A DNA stretch of 64,000 nt. It comes from Candidatus Berkelbacteria bacterium. GTDB lineage: Bacteria; Patescibacteriota; UBA1384; 2-12-FULL-50-11. The DNA lies in NCBI GenBank assembly GCA_016432625.1, contig CP066697.1, positions 586,561-650,560 on the forward strand, in the 5' to 3' direction. The position numbers and the translations under genes are program-made. Below, piece by piece: positions 32,992 through 43,197 of this stretch (position 1 is the first letter of the stretch; every line of letters begins with the position of its first letter). The notes beneath the pieces are model-generated. The model was not told the DNA's origin and searched no databases. It saw only the letters and a list, made by a program, of their open reading frames with translations.

Positions 32992-34407
32992 ATGACTATA
33001 AGACGTGGCTACAAGAAAGGTTTTGTCTTACCACTGGTGCTGGGCTTTGCTGCAGTGGTTCTAATTATCACTAGCGCCCTGCTCTCGCTGACGGCCAACA
33101 ATTATAATGTCGTCAAAAAGCAGTCCAACTCCAATTCCGCCCTTAGCGTTGCCGAAGCCGGCATTAATTACTATCTCTGGCACTTATCCCATAACAACCA
33201 AGACTATTGTGACGGTAACTCTTGCGCTGGAAACGGGCCGTTCGGGCCTTATACCCACCAGTACTTCGACACTGCCGGCCAATCGGCCGGTAGTTACGAC
33301 ATCACGATTACTCCGCCGAGTGGCAACAGCACCTCGGTCACCGTAAGATCCGAAGGGACGTCAGTCAGCGGCGAGAAGCGAACGGTTTTGGCAACTTTGG
33401 GCGTTCCGTCTTTCGCACAGTATTCTTTCGTTACAAACTCTGAGGCCTGGTTCGGCGATACTGAATCGACGAATGGTTTAGTACACTCCAATCGTGGCAT
33501 TCACTACGACGGCACGGCCAACGGCGTAGTTGCCTCAGCGGTCGAAACGTACCAGCCGAGCTCGTGCTTTGGTGGTGACGGAAGTACCCATGATGGCGTT
33601 TGGGGAACTGGTGGGCCGCAAGGATACTGGAATTTCCCCGTACCGCTAGTTGATTTCAACCAGTTAACAAGCGACTTGGGTGATCTTCAGATCGCCGCGC
33701 AGGCTAACGGTATCCACTTACCAACACTGCTCGACGGACAAGGACGTAAGACGCACAGCGGTTATGCCATTCGTCTTAACGCCGACAGCACTATAACTGT
33801 CGGTAAAGTTACGGCTCAGCGCGATAACGGCGGAACCGGGGGTACCTGCGTCAATCACCCGCGTTATAATTCTTTGATGCAAAATATCGCCTGGGAGAGC
33901 ACCAACCGAAATTTACCGCCAAACGGCATAATTTTTGTGGCTGACAACGCTTGGGTTTGGGGCACGGTGACAAGTAGATTGACGATCGCTTCTGGGCGGT
34001 TGCCCGATAACAATTCGACAAACACTAATATCTTCCTGCAAAACGATATCAGCTACACCGTTAAGGACGGCTCCGTCGCCTTGGGCCTAATTAGTCAGGC
34101 AGATCTGGTGCTTAACTCAAGTTCGGAGGACGACTTGGTGATTGACGCTTATTTATTGAGTCAAAAAGGCAAAGTTTTCCGTCCGTATTATCCAGGTAAC
34201 ACCAAGACAATAATCAGCGTCTACGGCGGTATCGCTTCCAACTCGTGGTGGACCTGGAGTTGGGTAAACGGCAGTAACCAAGTGATCTCAGGCTACGGAA
34301 CGACGGTACAGACTTACGATACATATCTGGCCCTTAACCCCCCGCCTCAGTTTCCGACTACAGGCTCGTTTGCGATCCTAAGTTGGAAGGAAGAGCCGAT
34401 TCTGTGA
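32992..34407 (+). CDS. PilX-like large pilus-associated protein with N-terminal TM helix
   Basis: KKGFVLPLVLGFAAVVLIITSALLSL pilin-like hydrophobic N-terminus lacking Glu5; 471 aa Gly/Ser/Thr/Asn-rich ectodomain; last gene of the pilus operon. Confidence 0.4.
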   Translation: MTIRRGYKKGFVLPLVLGFAAVVLIITSALLSLTANNYNVVKKQSNSNSALSVAEAGINYYLWHLSHNNQDYCDGNSCAGNGPFGPYTHQYFDTAGQSAGSYDITITPPSGNSTSVTVRSEGTSVSGEKRTVLATLGVPSFAQYSFVTNSEAWFGDTESTNGLVHSNRGIHYDGTANGVVASAVETYQPSSCFGGDGSTHDGVWGTGGPQGYWNFPVPLVDFNQLTSDLGDLQIAAQANGIHLPTLLDGQGRKTHSGYAIRLNADSTITVGKVTAQRDNGGTGGTCVNHPRYNSLMQNIAWESTNRNLPPNGIIFVADNAWVWGTVTSRLTIASGRLPDNNSTNTNIFLQNDISYTVKDGSVALGLISQADLVLNSSSEDDLVIDAYLLSQKGKVFRPYYPGNTKTIISVYGGIASNSWWTWSWVNGSNQVISGYGTTVQTYDTYLALNPPPQFPTTGSFAILSWKEEPIL

Positions 34408-34410
34408 TGG

Positions 34411-35733
34411 CTAAACGTTCTTAACTTCGACGATGTCGGCCCCAAGCGACTGGAGCTTGGCAACGAGATGCTCGTAGCCACGCTGTAGAACTGCGAAATT
34501 ATGAATAGTGGTCTCTCCCTCAGCGATTAGCGCCGCAACAATGTAAGAGAAACCGGCTCGTAGATCGGGAACTGTTATTTCCGCGCCGTGTAGGGCAGTT
34601 GGCCCCTTTACGCGCGCACTTTGTCGGTAGTTACGCTTACCAAATTTAGAATGTATTGATTCAACCGGCTCCTCGATAACCTCAATATCAGCGCCCATGC
34701 TGTTGAGAGCGTCAATATAGCCAAAACGGCTTTGGTAAACAGTTTCCCTGACTATAGAAATGCCCTTAGCCTGAGTGAGAACAATTACCAGCGGCTGTTG
34801 CCAGTCAGTCATGAAGCCTGGGTGAACATCTGTTTCGACGGTAATGGGCGTCAGCTCGTGATTGCTACGATAAAAAGTAATGCCGTCTCGGCTGACGTCA
34901 AACCCGCCACCAATCTGGTGGTATTTGTTGAGGAACGTCATCATATCGAGCTGGTTGGCGTTCCGGACAAAGATCTTGCCGTTTGTGCCAAGGGCCGCGC
35001 ACGCCCATGAGGCTGCCTCGATTCGGTCGGGCATACCGCTATGAGTCGTGCCGTGCAAAAGTTTAACCCCTTCGATTGTAATCGTTCGATCGGTGTCCAC
35101 GGAGATAACCGCACCCATTTTCTGCAAGAAGGCGATGAGATCCAAAATTTCCGGTTCAACAGCAGCATTATGAATAGTCGTCGTCCCCTCTGCTAAAACG
35201 CTCGCGAGCAGAACTTGTTCCGTGGCTCCAACACTTGGGTACTCAAGCTCAATCTCCGCACCGCGTAATTTACTAGTTTTAAACCAAGCCCGGCCGTTCT
35301 TTTCTTCGTAGATCGCCCCCAACTCTTTTAAAGCATTTATGTGAAAATCAACCGGTCGTGGGCCGATATCGCAACCACCGACTTTAGCGACAATCGCATG
35401 ACGAAAACGCGTGAGCAATGGGCCACACATCAGAATTGGGATTCGACTACGCCCGGTGATATCTTCGATATCTTGCTCTTTGAGCGCCCGCATGCCTTGA
35501 GCAGTGATCTGCAACGTCCCAGGCCGAACTTCTTCCACTTTAACGCCAAGCCGACGAAACAGCGTAGTCATAATTTCGACGTCTTCAATCGAGGGAACGT
35601 CGCGAATAATACACGGCTCATCCGTCAAAAGCGCCGCCACCATGTTCTTAGGCACAGCGTTTTTCGCGCCACGTAAGGCTATCTCGCCAACGAGCGGTTT
35701 ACCGCCGCGAAGGCGAATATAACTATCGGCCAT
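34411..35733 (-). CDS. murA: UDP-N-acetylglucosamine 1-carboxyvinyltransferase
   Basis: MADSYIRLRGGKPLVGEIALRGAKNA; full-length EPT fold including the catalytic Cys loop. Confidence 0.9.
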   Translation of the reverse strand: MADSYIRLRGGKPLVGEIALRGAKNAVPKNMVAALLTDEPCIIRDVPSIEDVEIMTTLFRRLGVKVEEVRPGTLQITAQGMRALKEQDIEDITGRSRIPILMCGPLLTRFRHAIVAKVGGCDIGPRPVDFHINALKELGAIYEEKNGRAWFKTSKLRGAEIELEYPSVGATEQVLLASVLAEGTTTIHNAAVEPEILDLIAFLQKMGAVISVDTDRTITIEGVKLLHGTTHSGMPDRIEAASWACAALGTNGKIFVRNANQLDMMTFLNKYHQIGGGFDVSRDGITFYRSNHELTPITVETDVHPGFMTDWQQPLVIVLTQAKGISIVRETVYQSRFGYIDALNSMGADIEVIEEPVESIHSKFGKRNYRQSARVKGPTALHGAEITVPDLRAGFSYIVAALIAEGETTIHNFAVLQRGYEHLVAKLQSLGADIVEVKNV

Positions 35734-35813
35734 GAATAGTCGCGAGGGAAGGTGTTCGATGAGTTAGTCGCATCTTGGCCCTATCGTAGCATGTCCTGTC
35801 AATCAGGAGGAAC

Positions 35814-36245
35814 CTAAGCGGGTGGGTTGGTCGCTGCTTGCTCTTTCGGCTTGTCAGTTTTTGAGCCGGTCACAAGTAGGTTTTTGACTTTCTCGATTAC
35901 CTCGCCAGGCATCATCTCGGACTTAACGATGTAGTCGTCAGCACCACGAGTGATACTCTCCATCTTTTCTCGGTCTTGGATGAGAGCGGTTAAAACAATA
36001 ACGGGGATACTTCTTGTCTCGTCCTGTTCTTTGAGTTTTTTCAAGACATCGAGCCCGTTAATTTTCGGCATCATGATGTCCAGCAGAATGATATTTGGCT
36101 TCAACTCTGTGGCCATCGATAACGCTTCTTCGCCGTCCTTAGCCATCTCTACCGAAAAGCCTTCAGCCTTGAGGCGCTCCGAGTACATCTCGCGCAAGGT
36201 TAGGTCGTCGTCAACCAAAAGTATACTTTTGAATGAATCAGCCAT
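35814..36245 (-). CDS. stand-alone response-regulator receiver (REC) domain protein
   Basis: ILLVDDD...LLDIMMPKINGLDV...IPVIVLTAL; no output domain. Confidence 0.8.
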   Translation of the reverse strand: MADSFKSILLVDDDLTLREMYSERLKAEGFSVEMAKDGEEALSMATELKPNIILLDIMMPKINGLDVLKKLKEQDETRSIPVIVLTALIQDREKMESITRGADDYIVKSEMMPGEVIEKVKNLLVTGSKTDKPKEQAATNPPA

Positions 36246-36296
36246 TACTTTTTCAGCTTAGCACTCTGTTAAATAGGTGGCAACAACTCAAAACTC

Positions 36297-38585
36297 TTAG
36301 TGCCCCTTCTCGGTTGATGCCGTGACCAATGCGGGCGGTTTCTTATCTTGCAGCTCCACTCGGGGCGCTGAGAGCGGTCCCTCCAGGATAGCGCCGTCGA
36401 TTTTCTCCGGCGGCTCAGTCAACACCGGCAGTTCGAAGATAAAGTCGCTCCCCTTACCCTCCTCCGACTCCACCCAGATGCGGCCCTTGTGCAATTCGAC
36501 AAAATTCTTACTGATGTACAGACCTAGGCCAGTACCTTTCTGCTCATCAATTTCGCGTTTGACTTGGGAGAACTTCTGGAACAGTTTCTTCTGGCCGTCT
36601 GCGGATATGCCGCGGCCGGTATCGATAACGTCAAAGCGAAGCTTGCCGGCATCGGCACCGATTTTCATGACAATGCCACCTTTTTCGGTGTATTTAATCG
36701 AGTTGCCGACTAAGTTGACGATAACCTCGCGGATTCGGTCGGGATCGCACCAAGTTTCTGGGACAGCCTTTTTGTCGGCTTCGAGTTTTATCGTCAGTTT
36801 CTTGGCGTCAACCTTTACCTGCAGCTCGTGTAGGACAGACTCGGCCAGGTCGTAAAGATTGGTCTTGGCAAATTTCATCTTGACGCGACCCTGTTCAATA
36901 CGGGAGACGTTCAGGAGGTCAAGAATCAGTTCGGCGAGACGTTTTGAGGAGTCGTAGGCGCGGTGCAAGTAGACGCTAGCCTTCTTATCAACCTTACCCA
37001 TGTGCTCATCCAGAATCATCGAGAGGTAGCCTTCAACGGCGGCGAGTGGGGTATTGAGCTCGTGAGAAGCCATGGAGATGAACTCGTCCTTGAGCTTATC
37101 GAGGTCAGCCAGGTATTCATTGGCGCTCTTTAACTGCTCAAAGGCGTAAGCCCGTTGGATCGCCAGCGAGGTCTCGTCGGCGATTGCCGTTGCCATATCG
37201 ACGTCGCGCTCTTCAAGCTGCTCCTTGGGCACGCGATAGGCAAACAGCATCACGCCTAGCGGTTCCTTGCCGGCAAACAGCGGCACTGCCAAGACGTATT
37301 TTAGGCCCGTTAAGGTCTGAATCGTCGCCGCAACAGGTTTGCCAATTGGCGGAGAGATGAAGTCACTGAGACGAGTGGATTCCTTGAGCTGGTGTTCAAT
37401 CAGGGCGTTATGCAGCATGTTGAAGTCTTTCTTAATCGGATAGCTATACCGGTCAAGGTCGCTACCGACAAGGCTGTATATCTTCTTTGTGAATTCGTTA
37501 GAGGAGATGGCGTAGGCGGCTAAATGACCTCCTTTTACCAGGTTTAGGAGCGCACCGTTGCAGTTGTCGAATTGTTTGGGAATCTCATCGAGGATTGCCT
37601 GCAGCATTGGCCTCATTTCATTCTGGTTAAGCACCATCTTTGAGACCTTCTGCAACGCCGCTAGGTTTTTATTCCGCTGCTCCAGTTCCTTTAGAGTCTC
37701 AGTTTTCTCCGCCGCCAGCTGTTCGATCTCCTTCCTTCTGGCAATTTCCCGTGAAACGTTACGAACTAGGGAGTAGCTCCCTATGGCTACTAACACAGTG
37801 ACTAAGGACTTTAGGAGTAGCTCCCCTGCTGACCTAGAGAGGAAGATTTGAGTCAGGAGCACAATATTTAGCCCTAATGCCACCACAGCCGTCACGACTG
37901 CCCTGATATCGAAAAGTCGATGCGCTACTATCGAATATGCAGTCCCCAACACGAATAGAATGGAAGAATAATTTCCGACCTTATAATAACGGTCTGAACC
38001 AACAATAGGACGTACGACGTAATAAACTATGAGATTTACTGCGACTACTGCCGTGATACCCAGGAAAAAGATCTGCAACTGACTCTTTTCTTGGCCTTGA
38101 GCTTCTTTGTATTTAATCAGGAAATGATAAATCGAGGCAACGAAGACAACGAACAGGAAGGTTAGAAGAAGGTAGTATCCCTGCCCAGTAATTAGCTCGC
38201 TCCCGAACTCTTTGAAAGTGACTCCACTAACAACGAGATTGGAAAACAATGATATTGCTGCAAGGAGGGCGCCCAGGAAATATGCGAGTTTTGTCGTTAA
38301 CCCATTGTGTTTATGGGAGTGCGGAAAAATAAAAGAGAAGTGAAGTAGTATCGGCCCAAGAAACGCCAGGGAAACAAAAACAAGACGGTTGAAGAGTAGT
38401 GATAGAGATTCTTGGCGAAAATAGTCAGATAAAAATGCAAAAGTTATCCAGCCGAGAATGGTTGTTACTAGGGTGGCAAAGACCAGATTTGAATTCTTTT
38501 TCCTGTCTTGTGCGATGACCGCAATAGTGATTGTGATACCCACAAGATCGATGAGCGGAACGATAAAGTTATCGAGGTATTGCAT
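36297..38585 (-). CDS. sensor histidine kinase: multi-TM sensor domain + GAF + HisKA + HATPase_c
   Basis: About 8 N-terminal TM helices, GAF-like middle, H-box FISMASHELNTPLAAVEGY, N/G1/G2 ATPase boxes. Confidence 0.85.
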   Translation of the reverse strand: MQYLDNFIVPLIDLVGITITIAVIAQDRKKNSNLVFATLVTTILGWITFAFLSDYFRQESLSLLFNRLVFVSLAFLGPILLHFSFIFPHSHKHNGLTTKLAYFLGALLAAISLFSNLVVSGVTFKEFGSELITGQGYYLLLTFLFVVFVASIYHFLIKYKEAQGQEKSQLQIFFLGITAVVAVNLIVYYVVRPIVGSDRYYKVGNYSSILFVLGTAYSIVAHRLFDIRAVVTAVVALGLNIVLLTQIFLSRSAGELLLKSLVTVLVAIGSYSLVRNVSREIARRKEIEQLAAEKTETLKELEQRNKNLAALQKVSKMVLNQNEMRPMLQAILDEIPKQFDNCNGALLNLVKGGHLAAYAISSNEFTKKIYSLVGSDLDRYSYPIKKDFNMLHNALIEHQLKESTRLSDFISPPIGKPVAATIQTLTGLKYVLAVPLFAGKEPLGVMLFAYRVPKEQLEERDVDMATAIADETSLAIQRAYAFEQLKSANEYLADLDKLKDEFISMASHELNTPLAAVEGYLSMILDEHMGKVDKKASVYLHRAYDSSKRLAELILDLLNVSRIEQGRVKMKFAKTNLYDLAESVLHELQVKVDAKKLTIKLEADKKAVPETWCDPDRIREVIVNLVGNSIKYTEKGGIVMKIGADAGKLRFDVIDTGRGISADGQKKLFQKFSQVKREIDEQKGTGLGLYISKNFVELHKGRIWVESEEGKGSDFIFELPVLTEPPEKIDGAILEGPLSAPRVELQDKKPPALVTASTEKGH

Positions 38586-39367
38586 TACTCCCCGGCCAGA
38601 TGAAGAATGTGCGGATCGAAGCTTATAAAGTCCGGCGCCTTTTTCACTGGCAAGCCAAGAACGAGACGCTTTATTGCAATTACCGACAATGCGGCAGTAG
38701 AGTAAGCAGCACTAGCTGGCTGTGGGATATTATCTAGCCTGCCCTCTATTACATCGTTTAGAACTGGGCTCAGGTACTCGGGGATTATTCCAGTGTAATA
38801 GGCCATGAACTTGTCTCTAAGTCCCGAGTCATTTCCCCGCTCGCTCTCTGTAATCTCAAGCATCTCTTCCAGAGACTTACTATCCTTTGTAAAGATAAAA
38901 ATGCCTCCGCCCCAGCCAATATCAACTGGATATACCACGGGGAGTCCCATCTTTTTGCATTGTCGGTGCAGCTCTACGACAGCCATAGGAGACTCTAGAG
39001 GGTCTATAGCATCTACGACCACATCGATACCTTCAAGGGCGGCTGAAATATTAGAGCTGTCTAAAAAACTACCTATTTCTTTAACGTGAATGCGCCTATT
39101 GAGCTTCTTGAGTCTTCTAGCTAAAGCCTCGACTTTTGGCTGCCCGAGATCATCGGAACTGTACTCCTGGCGATTAAGATTGCTCTCCTCCACTACGTCA
39201 CCATCAGCTAGTACGATGTGGTGGAAACCGGTTCTGGCTACCCCCACCGCGATGACCGATCCGATTCCACATCCAGCAATGAGTACGGTCTTCCCTGCTA
39301 GTTCATGGTACTGTTTCTCTGAAAGAAGACCCAGGTTCCTACTTAGAAATGCCTTATTAACCTCCAT
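38585..39367 (-). CDS. ThiF/MoeB/HesA-family E1-like adenylyltransferase
   Basis: Rossmann motif VLIAGCGIGSVIAVGVARTGF and ESNLNRQ; 260 aa; no rhodanese domain. Confidence 0.8.
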   Translation of the reverse strand: MEVNKAFLSRNLGLLSEKQYHELAGKTVLIAGCGIGSVIAVGVARTGFHHIVLADGDVVEESNLNRQEYSSDDLGQPKVEALARRLKKLNRRIHVKEIGSFLDSSNISAALEGIDVVVDAIDPLESPMAVVELHRQCKKMGLPVVYPVDIGWGGGIFIFTKDSKSLEEMLEITESERGNDSGLRDKFMAYYTGIIPEYLSPVLNDVIEGRLDNIPQPASAAYSTAALSVIAIKRLVLGLPVKKAPDFISFDPHILHLAGE

Positions 39368-39383
39368 TGAATACAGTATACAT

Positions 39384-39929
39384 TCACAGCTTTAGACGGA
39401 CAGGATAGTTCATAGTATTCATGTATTCGTTCGAAGGAGAGCCAATCTCCACGAAGTCATATCCCCTCTTCTTCAGGCTTTTAAGTAACCAGTCCTCTAC
39501 AACAGCGTAAATATTCTTGACGTCATTCTCTTTGACAATCTTTAATATTTCTTCAGCCAGTAAACGAAAAATTTCTCGTCGTGTCTCTTGCTTGCGACGG
39601 TACGCTTTAGCGATCATAAAACGCGAGACTTCACAAGAATGGCCCATATCTTTTTCTTCGGGCAGTTCGAAATGCTCGAAAATCGGCAACGCTTTTTCCG
39701 CGGGCAGTATAACCCTAGCGTAGCCAGCTAGGCGTCGCCCAATCAGTACAACTACGTGAATGGACTGCCCATCGTACTCATCGGACTCTCGACGGTGCTG
39801 GTATTTATCGCTTTCAAGAAAGCCCTTCTCTTCCACGTAAACCCGGTAACGAAGTTCCGCAATCTTCGGAAACAAATCATCGTTGACAAGTATTCTCTCT
39901 ACGTGTGGCCGAGCCCTGAGTAATAACAT
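39384..39929 (-). CDS. LuxI / N-acyl-amino-acid-synthase-like GNAT N-acyltransferase
   Basis: Motifs RYRVYVEEKGF, ESDEYD, VVVLIGRRLAGYARVILP and SCEVSRFMI match the autoinducer-synthase/NAS fold pattern (R..VF..E.GW; E.D.YD; G.L.G..RL.P; E.SRF). Confidence 0.6.
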   Translation of the reverse strand: MLLLRARPHVERILVNDDLFPKIAELRYRVYVEEKGFLESDKYQHRRESDEYDGQSIHVVVLIGRRLAGYARVILPAEKALPIFEHFELPEEKDMGHSCEVSRFMIAKAYRRKQETRREIFRLLAEEILKIVKENDVKNIYAVVEDWLLKSLKKRGYDFVEIGSPSNEYMNTMNYPVRLKL

Positions 39930-40112
39930 TCAGCAAAGAGTATACCGCCTAAACGTGCTTATTAAATGGCCGAGCATGCGTTCATTCTAGCTCATATCAG
40001 TTTTTTGCTAAACTACCCCGGGCTCGTCGACTTATAGGTCGATCAGTTCCTAGCGACTTCTCAATACCCGACGAAAATAGTCGCGGGAGTTTCATAATCG
40101 GAGGTAATTGAG

Positions 40113-40141
40113 TTGCTTTTCCTCGAAGCCAGCCTTATAAT
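40113..40141 (+). promoter_or_regulatory. putative sigma70-type promoter of the trpS operon (TTGCTT-17-TATAAT)
   Basis: TTGCTT at 40113-40118, 17 nt spacer, TATAAT at 40136-40141, about 90 nt upstream of the trpS ATG. Confidence 0.4.
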
Positions 40142-40226
40142 GCGCTCAACAACGAGACATCTCGCTGTTGATGAGGTTCTTTAACAAAAAGGATATCATT
40201 GCAGTAGAAGTCTCGTGGAGAAGTAA

Positions 40227-41246
<1,020 letters not shown>

Positions 41247-41257
41247 AGGAGGTCGTC

Positions 41258-42340
41258 ATGTCTGAAATCGTTCGCGTCGCAACAAAAGCGATGAGGATGA
41301 TGCTCGGCGAGCAAGACGACCCTGAACTCATCCTTCTCTCCTTCCCCGGAAGTTCTGGTGCGAGAGTGTCGCTTTTTAGACACGCTCGCACCAATTCTCT
41401 CTATGCAGTGAAGTGCGTGGCGCAGTCACGGGTTTCACTAATGGACGAGATCGGAAGAAGAAACGCACTAACGCCTTACCTGCCGGATCACCTCCCGCAG
41501 GTATTATGGTGCCAAGTGTTGGACGGCTTCGAGGTCATGATCTCCGAGTGTAAGGGGATACATTCCCTCCATCACCTCATTATCAACTCCAACGTGCCTC
41601 ACAGTCGTTTACTAGGAGTCTGGAAGGACTTTATAGAGGCGCTACTGCGAATGTGGCAAGGTTCCGAGCACCAGTTCAATGAAGCTCTGTGCCCGCGCTT
41701 CTTTCCCGCCCGGCTGGGTAGGATTGAGCAGGGTATTCGTAATGCGACCGTTGGCAAGACCAAGCTCTCCGAGTGTTGGGATATGCCAGTGGTCGTCAAC
41801 GGTAGCGAATACCAGTCTATCGCAAAATCGTTCGAGGCGATTGCCCAGGTGGGCAAGCCAAAAATGGGCGTAGTGTGCCACGGCGATCCTCAGCCCAGCA
41901 ATATCGTTGTCGGGACGAGGTACTCATGGTACTGCGTAGACTGGGAGTGGGCAGGCCCTCATCAGGATTGGAGAATGATGTTGGCCAATCTCTACGGGTG
42001 GTGGTCTACCCGTTGCAGCGTCTTGTCTACCGATGCCGTCTTGCGAGTGTCTCGAAATCGTCTTGAAATCGAACACAGCTCGTACGTGCCGACCCACTTA
42101 CAACCGTACCAAGACATCGCGCGCTCCGTTGCTTCGACGATGTCAGCTGGATTTCCGAGTGAGGAGACGACAAATGACGTTAACCGGTTTCTCGCCGCGC
42201 TCTACTTTGGGGAGATTAGATTTCTTCACATGTGGGGACGCGAGGCTTTCGCTGAAACAATGCTGGCTCAGGCCATCACTACGATTAGCGGATCATATCG
42301 GGGCGCTAACGCACAGTCGTTCAGATTCCCTCAACAATAA
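41258..42340 (+). CDS. APH/ChoK-like phosphotransferase (protein-kinase-like fold)
   Basis: Brenner motif VCHGDPQPSNIVV and D-W-E metal-binding motif YCVDWEWAG; start 12 nt after the trpS stop. Confidence 0.6.
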   Translation: MSEIVRVATKAMRMMLGEQDDPELILLSFPGSSGARVSLFRHARTNSLYAVKCVAQSRVSLMDEIGRRNALTPYLPDHLPQVLWCQVLDGFEVMISECKGIHSLHHLIINSNVPHSRLLGVWKDFIEALLRMWQGSEHQFNEALCPRFFPARLGRIEQGIRNATVGKTKLSECWDMPVVVNGSEYQSIAKSFEAIAQVGKPKMGVVCHGDPQPSNIVVGTRYSWYCVDWEWAGPHQDWRMMLANLYGWWSTRCSVLSTDAVLRVSRNRLEIEHSSYVPTHLQPYQDIARSVASTMSAGFPSEETTNDVNRFLAALYFGEIRFLHMWGREAFAETMLAQAITTISGSYRGANAQSFRFPQQ

Positions 42341-42351
42341 GGAGTAGGCAT

Positions 42352-43197
42352 ATGTATCGAACGTTCATGACTCAACAAAACTTCGACTTTGTCCAGCAGG
42401 CCATAAGGCGCCTAGCTGGGGAGGTCGAGGCAAAAGACGGGGACGGAAGCTTCTGGGTGAACTACGGCAGCTTCGTGCTGAACCAACAAACGCCCGAGAG
42501 CGATCTTGACCTGCTCTTCATCCACAGTCAGCCAACCGCCGTACGAAGAATCCAGTCATCTTTCAGTGGCCACGACGTTACGATCTACTCGCTCAACAGA
42601 AGAGATTTTGTTAGCGACGGTCAACGCAGGGTGTTTGGAGGATACTTCGGCGGTAAGGTTCTTAACCCCCTGGTTACGTTCAATGCCTCGGAGAAGGATC
42701 AAAGCATGCTACTGGAGGTCGGTGGGTTATTCATCGGCCAATTCGCTTCTGCGATAGCAGATAAGCATGTTCGGAGAACCTCCACGAAGGCAAACCTTGC
42801 GGCAGATTCGGTCCTAGCAAGACTCCATCTTTGCCCTTGGTATCGAAGCTACTTTCTGCGGTACTTCACCTCACCGACTTTCCCACAGCTGTGGGACAAG
42901 ATGTCGGAGGTGACTACCCTGTCTTTCCTGAAAGCAGGGATAGTGACGCAGGACGACGACAACTTTCGCTACCTAAATACGCTCTCACTCGCGGATTTAC
43001 ACGAGACTGCCCTTGAGGCAGTTGCCCGATTCTGGGCGTTAGGTAGCTGTCTACACGGTGCTTTACCCGACTTTCCGGCATTTTACATGCAGAAGGCCGA
43101 GCAGTACGTGCGGGACAACCGACTAGAAAATCGCCTGGAGGAGATGATGAGTTTTCTCCAAGCCCAGTCCAACACAGGAGGAACCCATGTTAACTGA
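42352..43197 (+). CDS. Pol-beta-superfamily nucleotidyltransferase
   Basis: Minimal NTase motif NYGSFVLNQQTPESDLDLLFIH (G-S-x9-13-D-h-D); 281 aa. Confidence 0.6.
   Translation: MYRTFMTQQNFDFVQQAIRRLAGEVEAKDGDGSFWVNYGSFVLNQQTPESDLDLLFIHSQPTAVRRIQSSFSGHDVTIYSLNRRDFVSDGQRRVFGGYFGGKVLNPLVTFNASEKDQSMLLEVGGLFIGQFASAIADKHVRRTSTKANLAADSVLARLHLCPWYRSYFLRYFTSPTFPQLWDKMSEVTTLSFLKAGIVTQDDDNFRYLNTLSLADLHETALEAVARFWALGSCLHGALPDFPAFYMQKAEQYVRDNRLENRLEEMMSFLQAQSNTGGTHVN

Noticed and set aside
39962-39985. Seven-codon minus-strand ORF MNACSAI about 40 nt upstream of the GNAT/ThiF pair, reminiscent of microcin C MccA next to its ThiF-like MccB
   Set aside because: Ends in Ile rather than Asn, has no convincing RBS, and a 7-codon ORF is expected by chance; the ThiF-like protein also lacks the MccB N-terminal peptide-clamp extension as far as I can see.
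42352-43197. Interpreting the NTase as an AbiEii/MenT-type tRNA-nucleotidylating toxin or a CBASS CD-NTase
   Set aside because: The motif is the generic GS-x10-DLD Pol-beta signature, not the AbiEii GG..L....R.S.D.D pattern, and no cognate antitoxin or effector is adjacent. Kept only as a generic nucleotidyltransferase.
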